DNA of 61,536 nucleotides, filler included, from Gonapodya sp. JEL0774 (lineage: Eukaryota), in the NCBI GenBank assembly GCA_027604505.1. It is 13 parts of 13 records of this genome, joined end to end, with 100 filler letters (N's around TTAATTAATTAA, not from the genome) between each part and the next. Parts side by side here need not be neighbours in the genome. Positions count along the whole stretch, not along the records: positions 33,257 to 37,892 come from JADIIX010000894.1; positions 37,993 to 42,627 come from JADIIX010000895.1; positions 42,728 to 47,361 come from JADIIX010000896.1; positions 47,462 to 52,089 come from JADIIX010000897.1; 9 more parts are not named here. One strand, written 5' to 3'. A program made the translations under genes and the position numbers. Below the pieces are notes generated by a model that saw only the letters and a program-made list of their open reading frames with translations, was not told the DNA's origin and did no database searches. This document shows positions 36,449-48,074 of this stretch, piece by piece; the stretch's first letter is position 1; each line of letters opens with the position of its first letter.

Positions 36449-37992
36449 ATGTAGTTTTTCGTATGTGAAGAATAACACTTTCCTTGTTTCGGGCGGTGGA
36501 TCGGTGGGGCAGTCAGGTGGTGGGTCGAGATGCGATGCGGGGAATCGGGGAGGGGAACACCGCGGCGGCACGGGCAGTGCTGGTAACGGTGAGGATTACG
36601 CATTCCGGAATGCAGCATTTTTCATCCACCTCCCACCTCCCCACCCCACCACACCCCCGATCCCACCGCGTACGCCAGACACCACACCCCATACGCCGTA
36701 CTCTCCACTTCTGCATCTCCACCATTCCACCCTCCCAGCTCCGCGCATCGAATTCCATCGTCGGAGACTGGCGAAATTTCAAAGTTCCTTCGACAATCGT
36801 TACACCACGAGGTCCACAGACGGGTGAGCAGTGAGCTGTCACCTGGTACGGCATGTGCGCAGGGGTACGGGGTGCCGTGCGCGAAAGGTGAAAGGTGCGA
36901 GCGGGATTTGGGGCGGGTGAAGCGTCCGGGTCTCGGTTAGAAACGGAATCTCGTGAGTCGCTTGTGGATGTTCGGGAGGTGTGCCGGGATGAGCGTTAGG
37001 GTCGAAAAATTGTGTCCATGGCGGGGCGGGACGACCGGCAGATGGTGCACTCTCGTGAGTATCTCGTGGATATGCGAGGAAGGGAGTGCGTGCGTGGTGA
37101 GTGGTGGTGGGTGGTGGGTGTGAGAAGGGGAGGGCCGGGTGGTGGTGGTGGGTGGTGGGGGGGACCGGCGGCACGACACATCACTCGCTCTGCTTTCCCC
37201 AAGCACGCCCGAGCCCGTGTCCCGTCCGAGCGCGAAAACCTTGCCCGACCCAACTCTGCGACGCGACCACCTCAGCTTCCGATCCCGAGCCGACACACCG
37301 TGAGCAGTTTGCGGATTCGACGGTCGAGTCAGGGAAGCAGCACGGCGAGGGAGAGGGTACCACGGAAAGGAAAGGAAAGGAATTGTGAATCGAAAGGAAG
37401 GCGAGACAGGGAACACGAAGTGCGGCAGGGGGCAGGGGGCAGAGGCGCGGTGGAGGTTCGTGATTCCAGGTTCGAGAGTTGTGGTTCAGTTTCTCAACCT
37501 TTTTACTGTCGATTTTCGGTTTGTTTTTCGGTTGTCGGGTGCCCCACCATCGTGGGTCGCCTCTGTGGTCGCCCTCGTGTGTCCATCTATTACGTGATGC
37601 TTTCTTTCGATCTATTTTTCTCCCTCTCTTTCATTCTTTCATTCTTTTGTGTTGTTCGTCGTCGTGGACGTGCCTCTTTGCCACGCCGGGGCCGAGTGGA
37701 GTACGATGGCGAGTGAATCCCTTCCCACACTCCCACACTCAGCCTCGACCAGTCGCACCCGCACACTCGCACAACAAACACCAGCGCAGCCGCCCGGTGG
37801 GAAAAGCAGAGTCCACTCCACTCCACTCCACGTGTGTGAGCACGGGACCGGGTCGCCCACCTCGCCACGCCGCTACGTTACGTGTTCGGGTGNNNNNNNN
37901 NNNNNNNNNNNNNNNNNNNNNNNNNNNNNNNNNNNNTTAATTAATTAANNNNNNNNNNNNNNNNNNNNNNNNNNNNNNNNNNNNNNNNNNNN

Positions 37993-38734
37993 GGCGGGGG
38001 AGGAGGGGCGGGGGGAGGGGCGGGAGGAGGAGGGGGAGGTGGTGGCGCAACATAAACGCATGTTGCGCCAACTCGACTGTAGCCTGGATAGCACTCTAAA
38101 ATAAAGTATCAATTTCCACACTTGCTCAAAAGCATGCCGACAAGAGCTTACCAAAGCTGCATGTTCCTTGATTGCAGAATGGCCAACCATTGATGGAACT
38201 CTGTACGTAAACCTGTTGGCAGTCGGTGCATGAACTCCCACACTGTGCGAGCGCAAACACCTATTAATGCCAGTGGTCAGTAATTCATATGACTTATAGT
38301 TACTTGTGTGTCATCGTTATTCGGATCATGGCAGTTCGTGCTTGCTCCGTTACCGCCACACCGAGTTAACCAACCGCTGTTTGAGCATGAACCGCAGTTG
38401 GAATTTCCACCGCCACTGCCGCATGCCGCACTATTATTGGAAATAAATTCCAAAGAAGTCCTTAGAGTACGATAAGGTACCGAACCAGAAGAGCTCACGC
38501 GAAACACGTGCCCCCTGTGCATCTAGAATAGGAGTTCGGTATACAGATGCCGCCCCACAATTGCAAATGTGATCCACAGTTTCCATTTAAGGGGTAAATA
38601 TACGCAAGGCACGTCGGGAAGAGCACTGCTGTGTTGGATGGTGACTGGTTACCTAACGAGACGTGGAGAAACGACCTGATGATCGTACCTAGTGCAACGA
38701 GCAGGGCCTTTCTGATGAGATTATCCACCGCCAT
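37993..38734 (-). CDS. Secreted Cys-rich protein with CPL1/PriA-like module and polyproline tract (3'-truncated, at least 5 exons)
   Basis: Four GT-AG introns splice in frame to MAVDNLIRKALLVALAVLFPTCLA..CHDPNNDD..QCGSSCTDCQQ..NGWPFCNQGTCSFECYPGYSRVGATC..PPPPPPPPAPPP. Confidence 0.75.
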
Positions 38735-41719
38735 GGACTGTTGTATTGAAACAGAGAGCGTGGAGATCTGTGTCGACGTTGCACTTTGAGATGGCGCTCT
38801 TCAGTGAGATACTCCGGTGGCGGCGCCTTCGGCCTTGTGGGGAACGGTGATACAACAGTGGGGGCAACATTATATAACCAATATATATTGGTTTATCAAA
38901 TATTGTCCCACATCACAGTCAACACATATCGGATTGTGAACGTTTCTTCTTTTCATGTGAGTTCGCTTTTACTTGCAAGATCCTATTAGTTGATTCATGT
39001 ATGAGTCCCATTTGCTGATTGCCGACTCAAGAAGAACCGATTTCTCAACTGGGCCTGCCGGCTGAGTTGCTTTGGATCGTGTACCGGAAACGCACATTTG
39101 TCAAGGTCATGTCTATTGGGGATGACTTGGGAAGATGTATTTGTGGCACGGGCATTGTTTGTTTTCAACAAACACAACATTGACTTTCATATCCGCAACC
39201 TATCAATGGCTGGACCAAAGTCTGCCGCCCACTCTTCCACCGTCGCCGTTGCGAACATTGTTTCTGGATCCCTAAAGGGCCCTCGGCATCCTACCAGTCA
39301 GACATCACCAGCGAAAGCTGCGTTTCAATTGACCCTGGGTGGTACTCAAGGCAGGCGGACATTCTCTCGCTCAAACCTAGTGTCACCAAATTTTGAACGT
39401 ATATATCGTGATAGGGACCTCGCCGTGGTGGCGGCGGGCTTGGTGATTCATGAATACTTAGAGCCTGAGAAGTAAGAGATCCGGATGCCTGATCTAGAGT
39501 ATGAACCGCGACACGTATGCAGTTAACTTTCGTTCGTAGGGTTAGTTTGGATGGTAACAACAGAATGTACTGAAATCGAGTCGGCCTGATCCTGTCCAGG
39601 CCAACAGACTCCACTTGCTCTCTGCATATCCAACTCTTCCCAACTCTCCTTTAGCACTCTCAACACTCGACAGCTTTTCCCATTTGACCCCGCTTCCCGT
39701 TCTATCCTGTTGCATAACTTCTGTGCTTCTGTTCCAATCCCATTCCACACTGTCTCCTTTATTTCCATTCGACCAAACCACTCTGTTTCTGAATGGCCGG
39801 GACGCCCCGTTTTTAAATTAGGAGCCAAATTTTTGTGCTGAGTCTTTCGATCGGAATCAAGAAGGAACGAGGTGAGTGGGTGATCGCGGGTTCTGGAATA
39901 CGGGTCCGGGAAACGGAGTTGTGACACGCCAAGGTGGATCGCTCATGCATCCTACGCAGTCGCGATCTCCTCACCTGTGTCTTCTCTATGTGGTATAGTA
40001 CTCCGTTTGCTGTTACCTCGCCCAATGTTTCCCTGTCTCCATCCGAATTAGTTCCCTGCCTTCCAGCCAAACCAACCTTGTCGTTCACGATAGCGTTTCC
40101 ACGTGTACGCAACGACTTGATTATGACGTGATCGTTGCCGTTGAAGAATTTTGTAACGGGAAGCACTCGGATGGATGGCGGGGGGGAGGTCGGCTCATGT
40201 GAGTTGTAAACACGAAACACGACCTCCGTCACCGTGGTACGTGCTCTACTTGGATTGAGAGTACTGTATTGTGATTTTGCGATCTTTCTCCTCCACCCGT
40301 TCTCAGATCCCCACCCTCGCTCACCCATTCCTCCCATTCCTCACCCACCGATTCTGTGTTTCAGCGCTCGAAAGCAACAGATAAATCCACATGTGCCCTC
40401 GAGCCTCGCCATATCTGTAACTGACACGGTAAGTCACACATCTCGTCTGTGTGCATCTTTCCCCTTACATTATTCCCTCACACCGCAGGCTTTTCCTCTT
40501 TCCCTCGACACACCTTCCCTCGATCAAACGTTACCACGCCTATTGTCTGGTTGCTACTAGATCGCGACGGGTGCCATGGGTTAGCAATGTTTCTTTGTTG
40601 GTGTGCAGGGACACTGGTCTCGACCTGGTAAAGCCAAACAATGGTGAGTGCAGTGACAAGTCAGTGGATGATCGTGGGGTGCCACCGGTGTATCGTCATT
40701 TTTTGTGAGCATCGTTGTGCATCAGATGATTAGGGACGTGGGAGGAGGCCGGTGGATGCGTGTGAGAGATAGGATCCGAGGATGGTGGCTATTCAGGTGA
40801 GTCGACACCTTCGACACCCATTGAACACGTTCACGGGATGTGACGCAAAGCAAACCAAGTGCGTCACACGCGCTCTCATGGTCGTGTTTCGTACTGACCT
40901 TTGGAATGGGCCAGTTGCACGCCAGCCCCCCTCGCAACGTTAACATCTCAGGTGGATTAGAAGTAGTGTAGTGGCGGATGCTTGAGTGAGATGAAGGTAG
41001 GTTTTCATGTCAGCCAGTTAGGTAACGGAGATACTTCTCACCATGATGCCCCCCTCAGTCGTCCGTTAACCCTTCTCCCTTACCCGCATCCTCTGCTCAA
41101 CGATCAGAAGCTGTATAGTGCTGTGACTACTTTGGGACCGTCACGTGCGAATGGGGGCGGGGAGCGGACGCCCGGGGAGTGGCGAGAGGACTGGCCGTTT
41201 CCGGCAGGAGTCCCTCGGAACAGCACCGATCGATTTTCCGACTCTGCAGTGACACAGTGTGCTGGTGAGTCGGTAACTGATTCCACGACGAGTACGGCAA
41301 ACCAGGGGACTGTTGCGGGGGAATCGGACGGAATTAGTCCGCCGACCACAGAACCAATGGTGGAGGTGAATCCGGTGTACGAATGTTTTTGGAGTCCAAC
41401 ACGTCCGTCACCGCCTACTCACTGTCCCATTCTTTGTTTCCTCGCCAGTTCTTCTCCATCCTCCCATATTCCTACCTACCGGGTCGGATACCCTTCCCGC
41501 TTCTCTCACTACCTCCACTCCACACCGGGCGCGCGTCATCAACGGACGACTGAGATCACAGCCCTCGACCGACCATCCTGGTCTGTGCGACATGATGCAC
41601 CAATAGGTCTGGAGATGGGAAGCCTTCCCGCCGCCACAGTTTTTTCGGTTGTAACTAGGTGAGTTGAACGAGGATTGAGGTGGCGACGTGGGCTCGGCTG
41701 CTGGTTGATTGAACGGGTG

Positions 41720-42342
41720 TTAATAGAACATAATATGGAGAGGGCTGGCGTGTGAGAGATTTCGGGGGTTGCGGCGGTGACTTTCGTTGGAGCACAGCCA
41801 GGAGCAAGTCTTTTCCGGGACCGAGCCCTCCGAGCCTGAGAAAGGACGGGCCATTGAGCCGCCGAGTTTTTCTGTTTGACTCCATTTTGTATTTTCACCG
41901 CCTCTCATTGCGTCTGCTGTCACCTATCACGCCAAGTACTGCCGCATTTCATAGGAGACCCTCCCACACAAAAGCTCCTCACTTGCCATCGTCAGAATGT
42001 AAACGTAAATAGAAATGACTAAACGCCACGGCAAGTTCTCATGGACACGATCAACGAAACCAAAGATGTGTTGTGGGACGTGGACTTGGGATCGTGAATT
42101 CTGTGCGGTGTGATTTTTCTCGTCGACATCCCTTCCCCCTCATCGCGCACCTCGTCCTCAGCAACAGCGATTGCGTACATCCATCTACCAGGTCCGCCAC
42201 GACCATTTGGTCCGAGTGGTCCGAGGGGAACGAAGAAACAGCCGCGACACATTATCGAAGGGCAAATTTCAGATTTGGTGGTATCCAGGAGCACCAGAGA
42301 AGTTGAGTGCTCTAAAAGCTTCTGTGCTGCTGGGAAAGACAT
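41720..42342 (-). mobile_element. Possible degenerate Mutator-like (MULE) transposase fragment
   Basis: LVLLDTTKS..GPNG..MYAIAVAEDE followed by VTAD and ..PEKTCSW resembles the MULE D-T / A-A-V--E / TD / C-WH order; heavily interrupted. Confidence 0.25.
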
Positions 42343-43039
42343 AAGACGCGAGGTACGAATACTGGGAAGCGCGAAGGCAGAGGGAATGAGCTGGGGGGTC
42401 GTTGGGCTACGCAGTACCTTACCATGGGTTCACATTACCTTACCAACTATTTTGGTAAGGTACTGGTATGTGTATATATTATAGTAATTTAGTTGTGGTA
42501 TGTGATGGTTGGTGACCACAGCCGGGCAGGAAGGGCCTGTAAAGGATACGGGGGGAAACGCACGGGCCCCCGCGCAGCGGGAGACCCCACGGGGGGGGGG
42601 GGGGGGGGAACGGGGGGGAAAGCGGCGNNNNNNNNNNNNNNNNNNNNNNNNNNNNNNNNNNNNNNNNNNNNTTAATTAATTAANNNNNNNNNNNNNNNNN
42701 NNNNNNNNNNNNNNNNNNNNNNNNNNNGCCCCAAGCTTCGAGACTGCAATCTCAATGAAGATCCGATTCTTGTGATAGTCGTTGACTTCGACGATCCGCG
42801 ACATAGGAGTTGGAGTCTTGTTGCTTTTTGGGCGGATCAAAATTGGTCTCGACCGATTTTTGGTCCGACCAATTTTTGGTGGCTGCGGCATAAGTCTGGT
42901 AACGACCAATTTACCTAAAGTTTCAGACCAAAACCACTGCTCTCTGCGGAGAAAATGACAATTTTGTGAGGATACACAAGCAGAATGTTGTGACCACCAC
43001 CCAACTACTCCAGCCAAAGACTGGGTCACCGCAGCGGGT

Positions 43040-44128
43040 ATGTCTCACAGCTACGTCTATGGAAGAAGTGGTGCCAGGACGTGCTGAGGAGAGAGTGACA
43101 ATGCAACCTTCACCTGTTACTGCCCATTGAGATCCCCATGAGCATGTTGCAACTTCAGATACGTGCCATTTGACTGTTTACTCACCTTTACATGGTACTG
43201 CTAATGATATCTGTGCTAACTTCACTGAAGCTTCACATTCTATGTTGTCTGAATTGCGGGCACTGGACTTTGAAGTCCATGTAGACACAGCTGCTTCTCA
43301 TTCCATTTGCCCTGTCAAGTCTTTTCTGAGATTTTAAAAATGAACGAATCGAAATTGGCCTTGCGGCCGGCGATGCATTTGCAGTTGCAGAGGGCCGTGG
43401 ATCCCTATCTGTTCTATTCCACGGTTCACAATCCGTCACCAAGAAGACGATATGTAACATATTGTACAATGAATCAAATTGATTCATTCTTTGATCTTGA
43501 GGAAGCCTTCAGAATGCAGGTATTTCCATTTCGGTTCCAGCAAACTCTGACATATTGGAGCAGTACAGCACAGAACATGAACTTATATGTCGCAGATCAC
43601 GACTTGGATTAAGCTTATATCGAATGCCCTTTACAGCTGAAGGAACCAAATATTCAATTCCCCAAGCAATGTTATCTCAAGTTTCACCTGTTAATACAGT
43701 CCTTGCACACCTCAGAATGGATGATTTGCATTTCAAGGGATTGCAGAGATTAGCTCACACAGGACATATAAATCTTTCTGCCGCGTCGGATTTACAACTT
43801 GATTGTCTCGGTTGTGGTTTGGGGAAAGCTAATGTGCGGCCCGATTCCCAGCCCAACCAAGTGCACGGAATCAAAACAGGACTCTGCCGGCATTTGGAGC
43901 CCTGTACCCCAGGATTCACAGCAATTGGAGGAATTCAGTACTTTTTGCGAATCAAAGATGAAGCTTTGGGATTTGGATGGGTGGAAGGTTTACAAAAGAA
44001 ATCGCACGGTACAAACCGATTGCAAGAGCTTGTGACTTGATTGGAGAAACAAATTCCAGGATTCAAAGTGAAAATTTAATGAATGATTCAATGAAAACGT
44101 GGATGTCTGACCGGGGTATTATTAACAG
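43040..44128 (+). mobile_element. Degenerate Ty1/copia element A (protease, GAG-pre-integrase, N-terminal integrase core)
   Basis: Protease VHVDTAASHSIC (~43280); HLRMDDLHFKGL..CLGCGLGK zinc finger; GGIQYFLRIKDE..WVEGLQKKS; MKTWMSDRGII, cut off at 44128. Contains stops and frameshifts. Confidence 0.85.
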
Positions 44129-44347
44129 TGTCAGGTGCTCTGGTTCAGAGTTCGGGTTGCCGGGACATGGGATTGTTGGGCAGAGTTTCACCAGTGTAGA
44201 AATCTTATCTTGTAATGTTCTCTCCAAAATACAAAGTAGTTTCTCTCGCTTTATATAATGACTACTTGCCCTAAAGTACTGCGCACGACTGCGCACTCAG
44301 CCGGTATGTTGGATTGCGCACCGACCACAATGCTGCGAAATCCAACA
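44129..44347 (-). repeat. 3' LTR of copia element B (~219 bp)
   Basis: On the minus strand the polypurine tract GGGGGAG is followed directly by TGTTGGA (from 44347), then an internal TATATAAA, ending CCTGACA at 44129. Confidence 0.7.
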
Positions 44348-44682
44348 CTCCCCCAGCAGCCTGTGACTGCGACTGGTTTCATGTCCATCCTGTACACTCC
44401 CAATCCAATCCTGTGCTTCTCAAAAGTATTTTGCGCCAAGGGTTTAGTCAGAGTGTCTGCAACAGTATCAACTCCAGCAATGTGCTTGACTTCCACTCGT
44501 CCTCCCTGAACTTCTTCCCTACTCCACATCTCTCGCACATCAATGTGCTTTGTTCTTCCATGACAGATGTTGAGACTAGTAACCACTTTGATTGCGGTGT
44601 CACTGTTGGTAAGAATTAGACTTGGCCTCCTGTGACCCTTCAGATCACCAAAGAGGCTCCGCAGGTACACCGCCTGACAAGC

Positions 44683-44956
44683 TGTTGAGATATGGGTGGT
44701 TTGACATTTTGGATGGCTCTAGCGCCACGGGGAGTTGGAATTCGGGGATAATAAATGAAGCAAAATTACTTGTCGTAAAATTCTCTACAAGTTTGTCCTT
44801 TACAGTTTTGTTGTAGCGTTATTGGTTAGTGAGCTACACTAGGGAACGTGGGTAACTTCGTGCACACACTTGGGGACGGCACTATGGTCGTCGGATAAAC
44901 TAGATTAAGCCTTTTTGTGCGAGCGTTTTCGAATATATAGATCACACCGCTTAACA
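44683..44956. mobile_element. Solo LTR (274 bp) inserted in the RNase H of element B, 5-bp TSD CAAGC
   Basis: TGTTGAG...CTTAACA flanked by CAAGC at 44678-44682 and 44957-44961. Removal restores TETACQAVYLR in frame. Confidence 0.93.
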
Positions 44957-45846
44957 CAAGCAGTTTCCGTCAGCGCATACCGTTCCGCCTCAGTCGTTGA
45001 CATTGCCACGAGCTTCTGTCGCTTGCTTGTGAAAGAGATTCCAGCACCCGCAAGTTTGAAAATGAAACCTGCTGTGGACCGCCTTGAGAGACCATTCTCC
45101 CCCCAGTCCGCATCTGAGAATCCTTCCACCACTGTTCCTCCTTCAGCGCTAAAACACAGTCCGTAACTCAAAGTCCCTTTGAGATAACCAAATATCTTCA
45201 TGACTCCTTCCCAGTGCCACATACTGAATGTGTCTTGGAAGCGAGCATAGTAGCTGGTTGAAAAGAGAATGTCCGGTCTTGTCCCCTTTCCCAACCACAT
45301 GAGACTCCTGATTGCTTCACAAAACAGAAATCCATCGAGCTCAGAACGATCTTTGCCGCGAGGTATGCTGGGATCCAAGTGAAGATCCTTCGCGTCATGC
45401 ATCAGTGTCCTTGAGGTTCTGACTTCCCACATACCGAGACGCTCCATCATTTTCTTAACGTACGTTTGCTGATGCACCCCGATTTTTGCATCTTCAAAAA
45501 CGAATTCCCAGCCGAGAAATGATTGAGGTTTACCAACTTCCTGAAAGTCAAATTGTGCCGCGAGGAGACCCTTGGTATCCTGTATCCCACTGCTCCCTTG
45601 CTTTTCCACCGTGAACATGTTGTCCACGTGGAATAATAGAAATGTAGTAGTGTCCGACTTGACGAATAAACAGGGATCCTTCTCAGATGGATGGCATCCC
45701 ATTTCAAGACGATACTCTGATAAATTTTGATTTCACCAGAGAGGGCTCCGCTGCAACCCATACAGCGGCTTCTTTAGTCTCAACGTCTTGCCATCTGTGA
45801 ATGCAAACTTATCCAGAACATACGCTGGGATGCCTGTCGGAAGTTG

Positions 45847-46130
45847 TATTGAAGTATGGGTGGCGTTTGGATGCTGAATAGCTCAACAACGGACAGTGAT
45901 CTAAGAACGCTAATAGGCGCATTGAAACTGCCTTGAAGAGTAGATGCGTTTTGGTATTTGAACAATCTCTCTAGCGTTTCTGGTTGTGAAGTTACATATG
46001 TAGTGAGCAATTGGACTTGGAGTGTGGGGCGAGAGTACAGTAGTAGTGATCATAGTAGTGCACAGTGATAGAGCGATTGAGAACAATATAGAGACGTCGC
46101 AACCGCCACCAACCCCTCAAAAGCTCATTA
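45847..46130. mobile_element. Solo-LTR-like insertion (284 bp, TA...TA ends) in the RT of element B, 5-bp TSD AGTTG
   Basis: TATTGA...TCATTA flanked by AGTTG at 45842-45846 and 46131-46135. Removal restores EQVIVQLPTGIP in frame. Confidence 0.85.
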
Positions 46131-47461
46131 AGTTGCACGATGACTTGTTCCTCAGGGTCCAGATCCCTTCATTGAAGGAATCCCGTGTCACAGTCAATTT
46201 GCTCCACGTTACATCCATGTAATGCTGAGAGCGCGATTAATATTTGCAGAGATTCAGTGCGCGCAACAGGCAAATAATTTTCTGTTCCTGCGCTGTTGGT
46301 TTCCTGGTATCCCCTAGCAACAAGCCGACCCTTGCGTTTCATATCAGTTTGTGACAGCAGCTTCTCTGTCAAAACAAAGCAAGTCTCCGCAGACTTCTCA
46401 TCCATCTCGGATTCGTCCAGCTTCTTGGAGATTGTACTTTTTCATCTTTTGAAGCTCCTGTTCCACCACATCCAAGAATGCATCAGGAACGTCGTCCAGA
46501 ACAACATTGATGTATTCACCGTCCAATTGCATCCAGCTCACAGAGTCCGAATCTTTTCCAAAGAAAGCTGGGTGTGACTGAAAGCGTACGCTTTTCTTCC
46601 TAGCAGGAAGATTCGCACATTTCTTGGCCTTGGTGGGTGTGGAAGGGGCCTGAGGAGTCGGCCCACTCCTGTGAGGTGTCTCGATTCCCCCATCACCCAA
46701 ATATCCTCCAGACAACCGCACCGATCCATCATCGTCCATTAATTGCTCTCCAGCCCTCCTAAAGCCGCCTCGTGGCTCCAGGAGGTCCCTCTGGTCAGTT
46801 TCAGTACCAGCTGATGACGTGTTCGGAAGGTCAGCAACCATGCCTTGGAGTCTGTTGACCAGGGAATTGTCGGAGAGTTGAGGAAATGCTTTTCTGACGT
46901 GAGTGGCTTCATCAAAGATGGTGTCCCTTGTGCTGCCACTGTAAATCTTTCCTGTCTCTCTGTCCAGCAATTGATACCCCTTCATCCCATCTTTCTCAGC
47001 ATAACTGACCATCACAAGCTTGATGGATTTTGGATCAAATTTCCTTCTCTTTTTGTCGTGTATGTGGAGTTAAGTGTCACAACTGAAGATACGTAGGTGA
47101 CTGAAGTCGGGTTTCCTTCCAGTGAAAGCTCCCTCCAGCGTCATCTTGTTTTTCTCCACGACGGTTTGATTCCTAACGTAAACAAAAGTGTCCATCGCAA
47201 GAATCCAATATTTCAGAGGAAGTCCAGAGGATGCAAGCAAGGTGTCACGTTTTTTACACCCCCCACCCTGGAGAGTACCCACATCCTGTAAGTCACCACA
47301 CCCACCCCTAGATCAATAATATGGAAGACAAATATTTGTATCAAAAGTATATTAATTTCAGNNNNNNNNNNNNNNNNNNNNNNNNNNNNNNNNNNNNNNN
47401 NNNNNTTAATTAATTAANNNNNNNNNNNNNNNNNNNNNNNNNNNNNNNNNNNNNNNNNNNN

Positions 47462-48074
47462 GGATTGAGACATCCTGGTTGCTGGCTAGACGCGGTCATC
47501 CTTGCACATGCGTTGCCGAGAGGTTGGACAAGTATCGCATGCCGTCTTGGCAACACTTTGTCGATCAAGCGGAAAGCTCCACGGCAAATAGCATGGAGGC
47601 GGTCAGCGCCACCGAGCGCGAACGAGGCTGGATTGAATTGAATGCAGAAGGATGCGAGGGCTGGAAGGAGAATCGAGGGGTCCGGTTTCTCGACGGCGAG
47701 GCGAGCAGCGAGAATGTGGGCGTAGCCCAGAGAGTGCATTGAGGGATCCATCGTGCTGCGAGCGTTGTAGAATGGGTGCAACGAAGAGTATGTTTGGTTT
47801 GAAGTTTAAGTGATTCATGACTGCACAAGTCAAACCCCCCGTGATCCTGGTTTGGCCATTCTTCCACACTGAGTCTCCTTCATATGTTCATTCACAGAAC
47901 ACCCGGCACTCACACGAGGGGATCCCCAGTTTTTGGAACTGCGCAGAGCACTAGTGCGTGAGCTTGTCTGAGCTGGGCCAGCAAAGCCTTGACGCTTTTT
48001 TCGCTGCGGTCATCGGCTGAAGCAATGACAGCAAGAAGATCATCGAGTTTGCTGTCGCTACTGAGTGCGGACAT
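47462..48074 (-). CDS. CSN3: COP9 signalosome subunit 3, N-terminal exons (3'-truncated)
   Basis: MSALSSDSKLDDLLAVI.., MDPSMHSLGYAHIL..FCIQFNP..LVQPLGNA..GCLN resembles the CSN3 N-terminal helical region. Confidence 0.75.

Larger units (their letters stand above)
44129..47250 (-). mobile_element. Degenerate Ty1/copia element B (integrase C-part, RT, RNase H, polypurine tract, 3' LTR)
   Basis: SGLPLKYW..YVRN..KPDFSHLRIF; KGRLVARGYQE..PVAR.ES; LKKPLYGLQRSP; DPCLF..FHVDN; TRPDI; GFSDADW..RRSTAG..SKRQKLVAMSTTEAE; RTKHIDVR; ADTLTKPL. Confidence 0.95.

Noticed and set aside
36450..37892. Several 100-230-aa ORFs downstream of the F-box pseudogene
   Set aside because: Low-complexity G/T- or C/A-rich sequence with no recognisable domain; cannot support a gene call.
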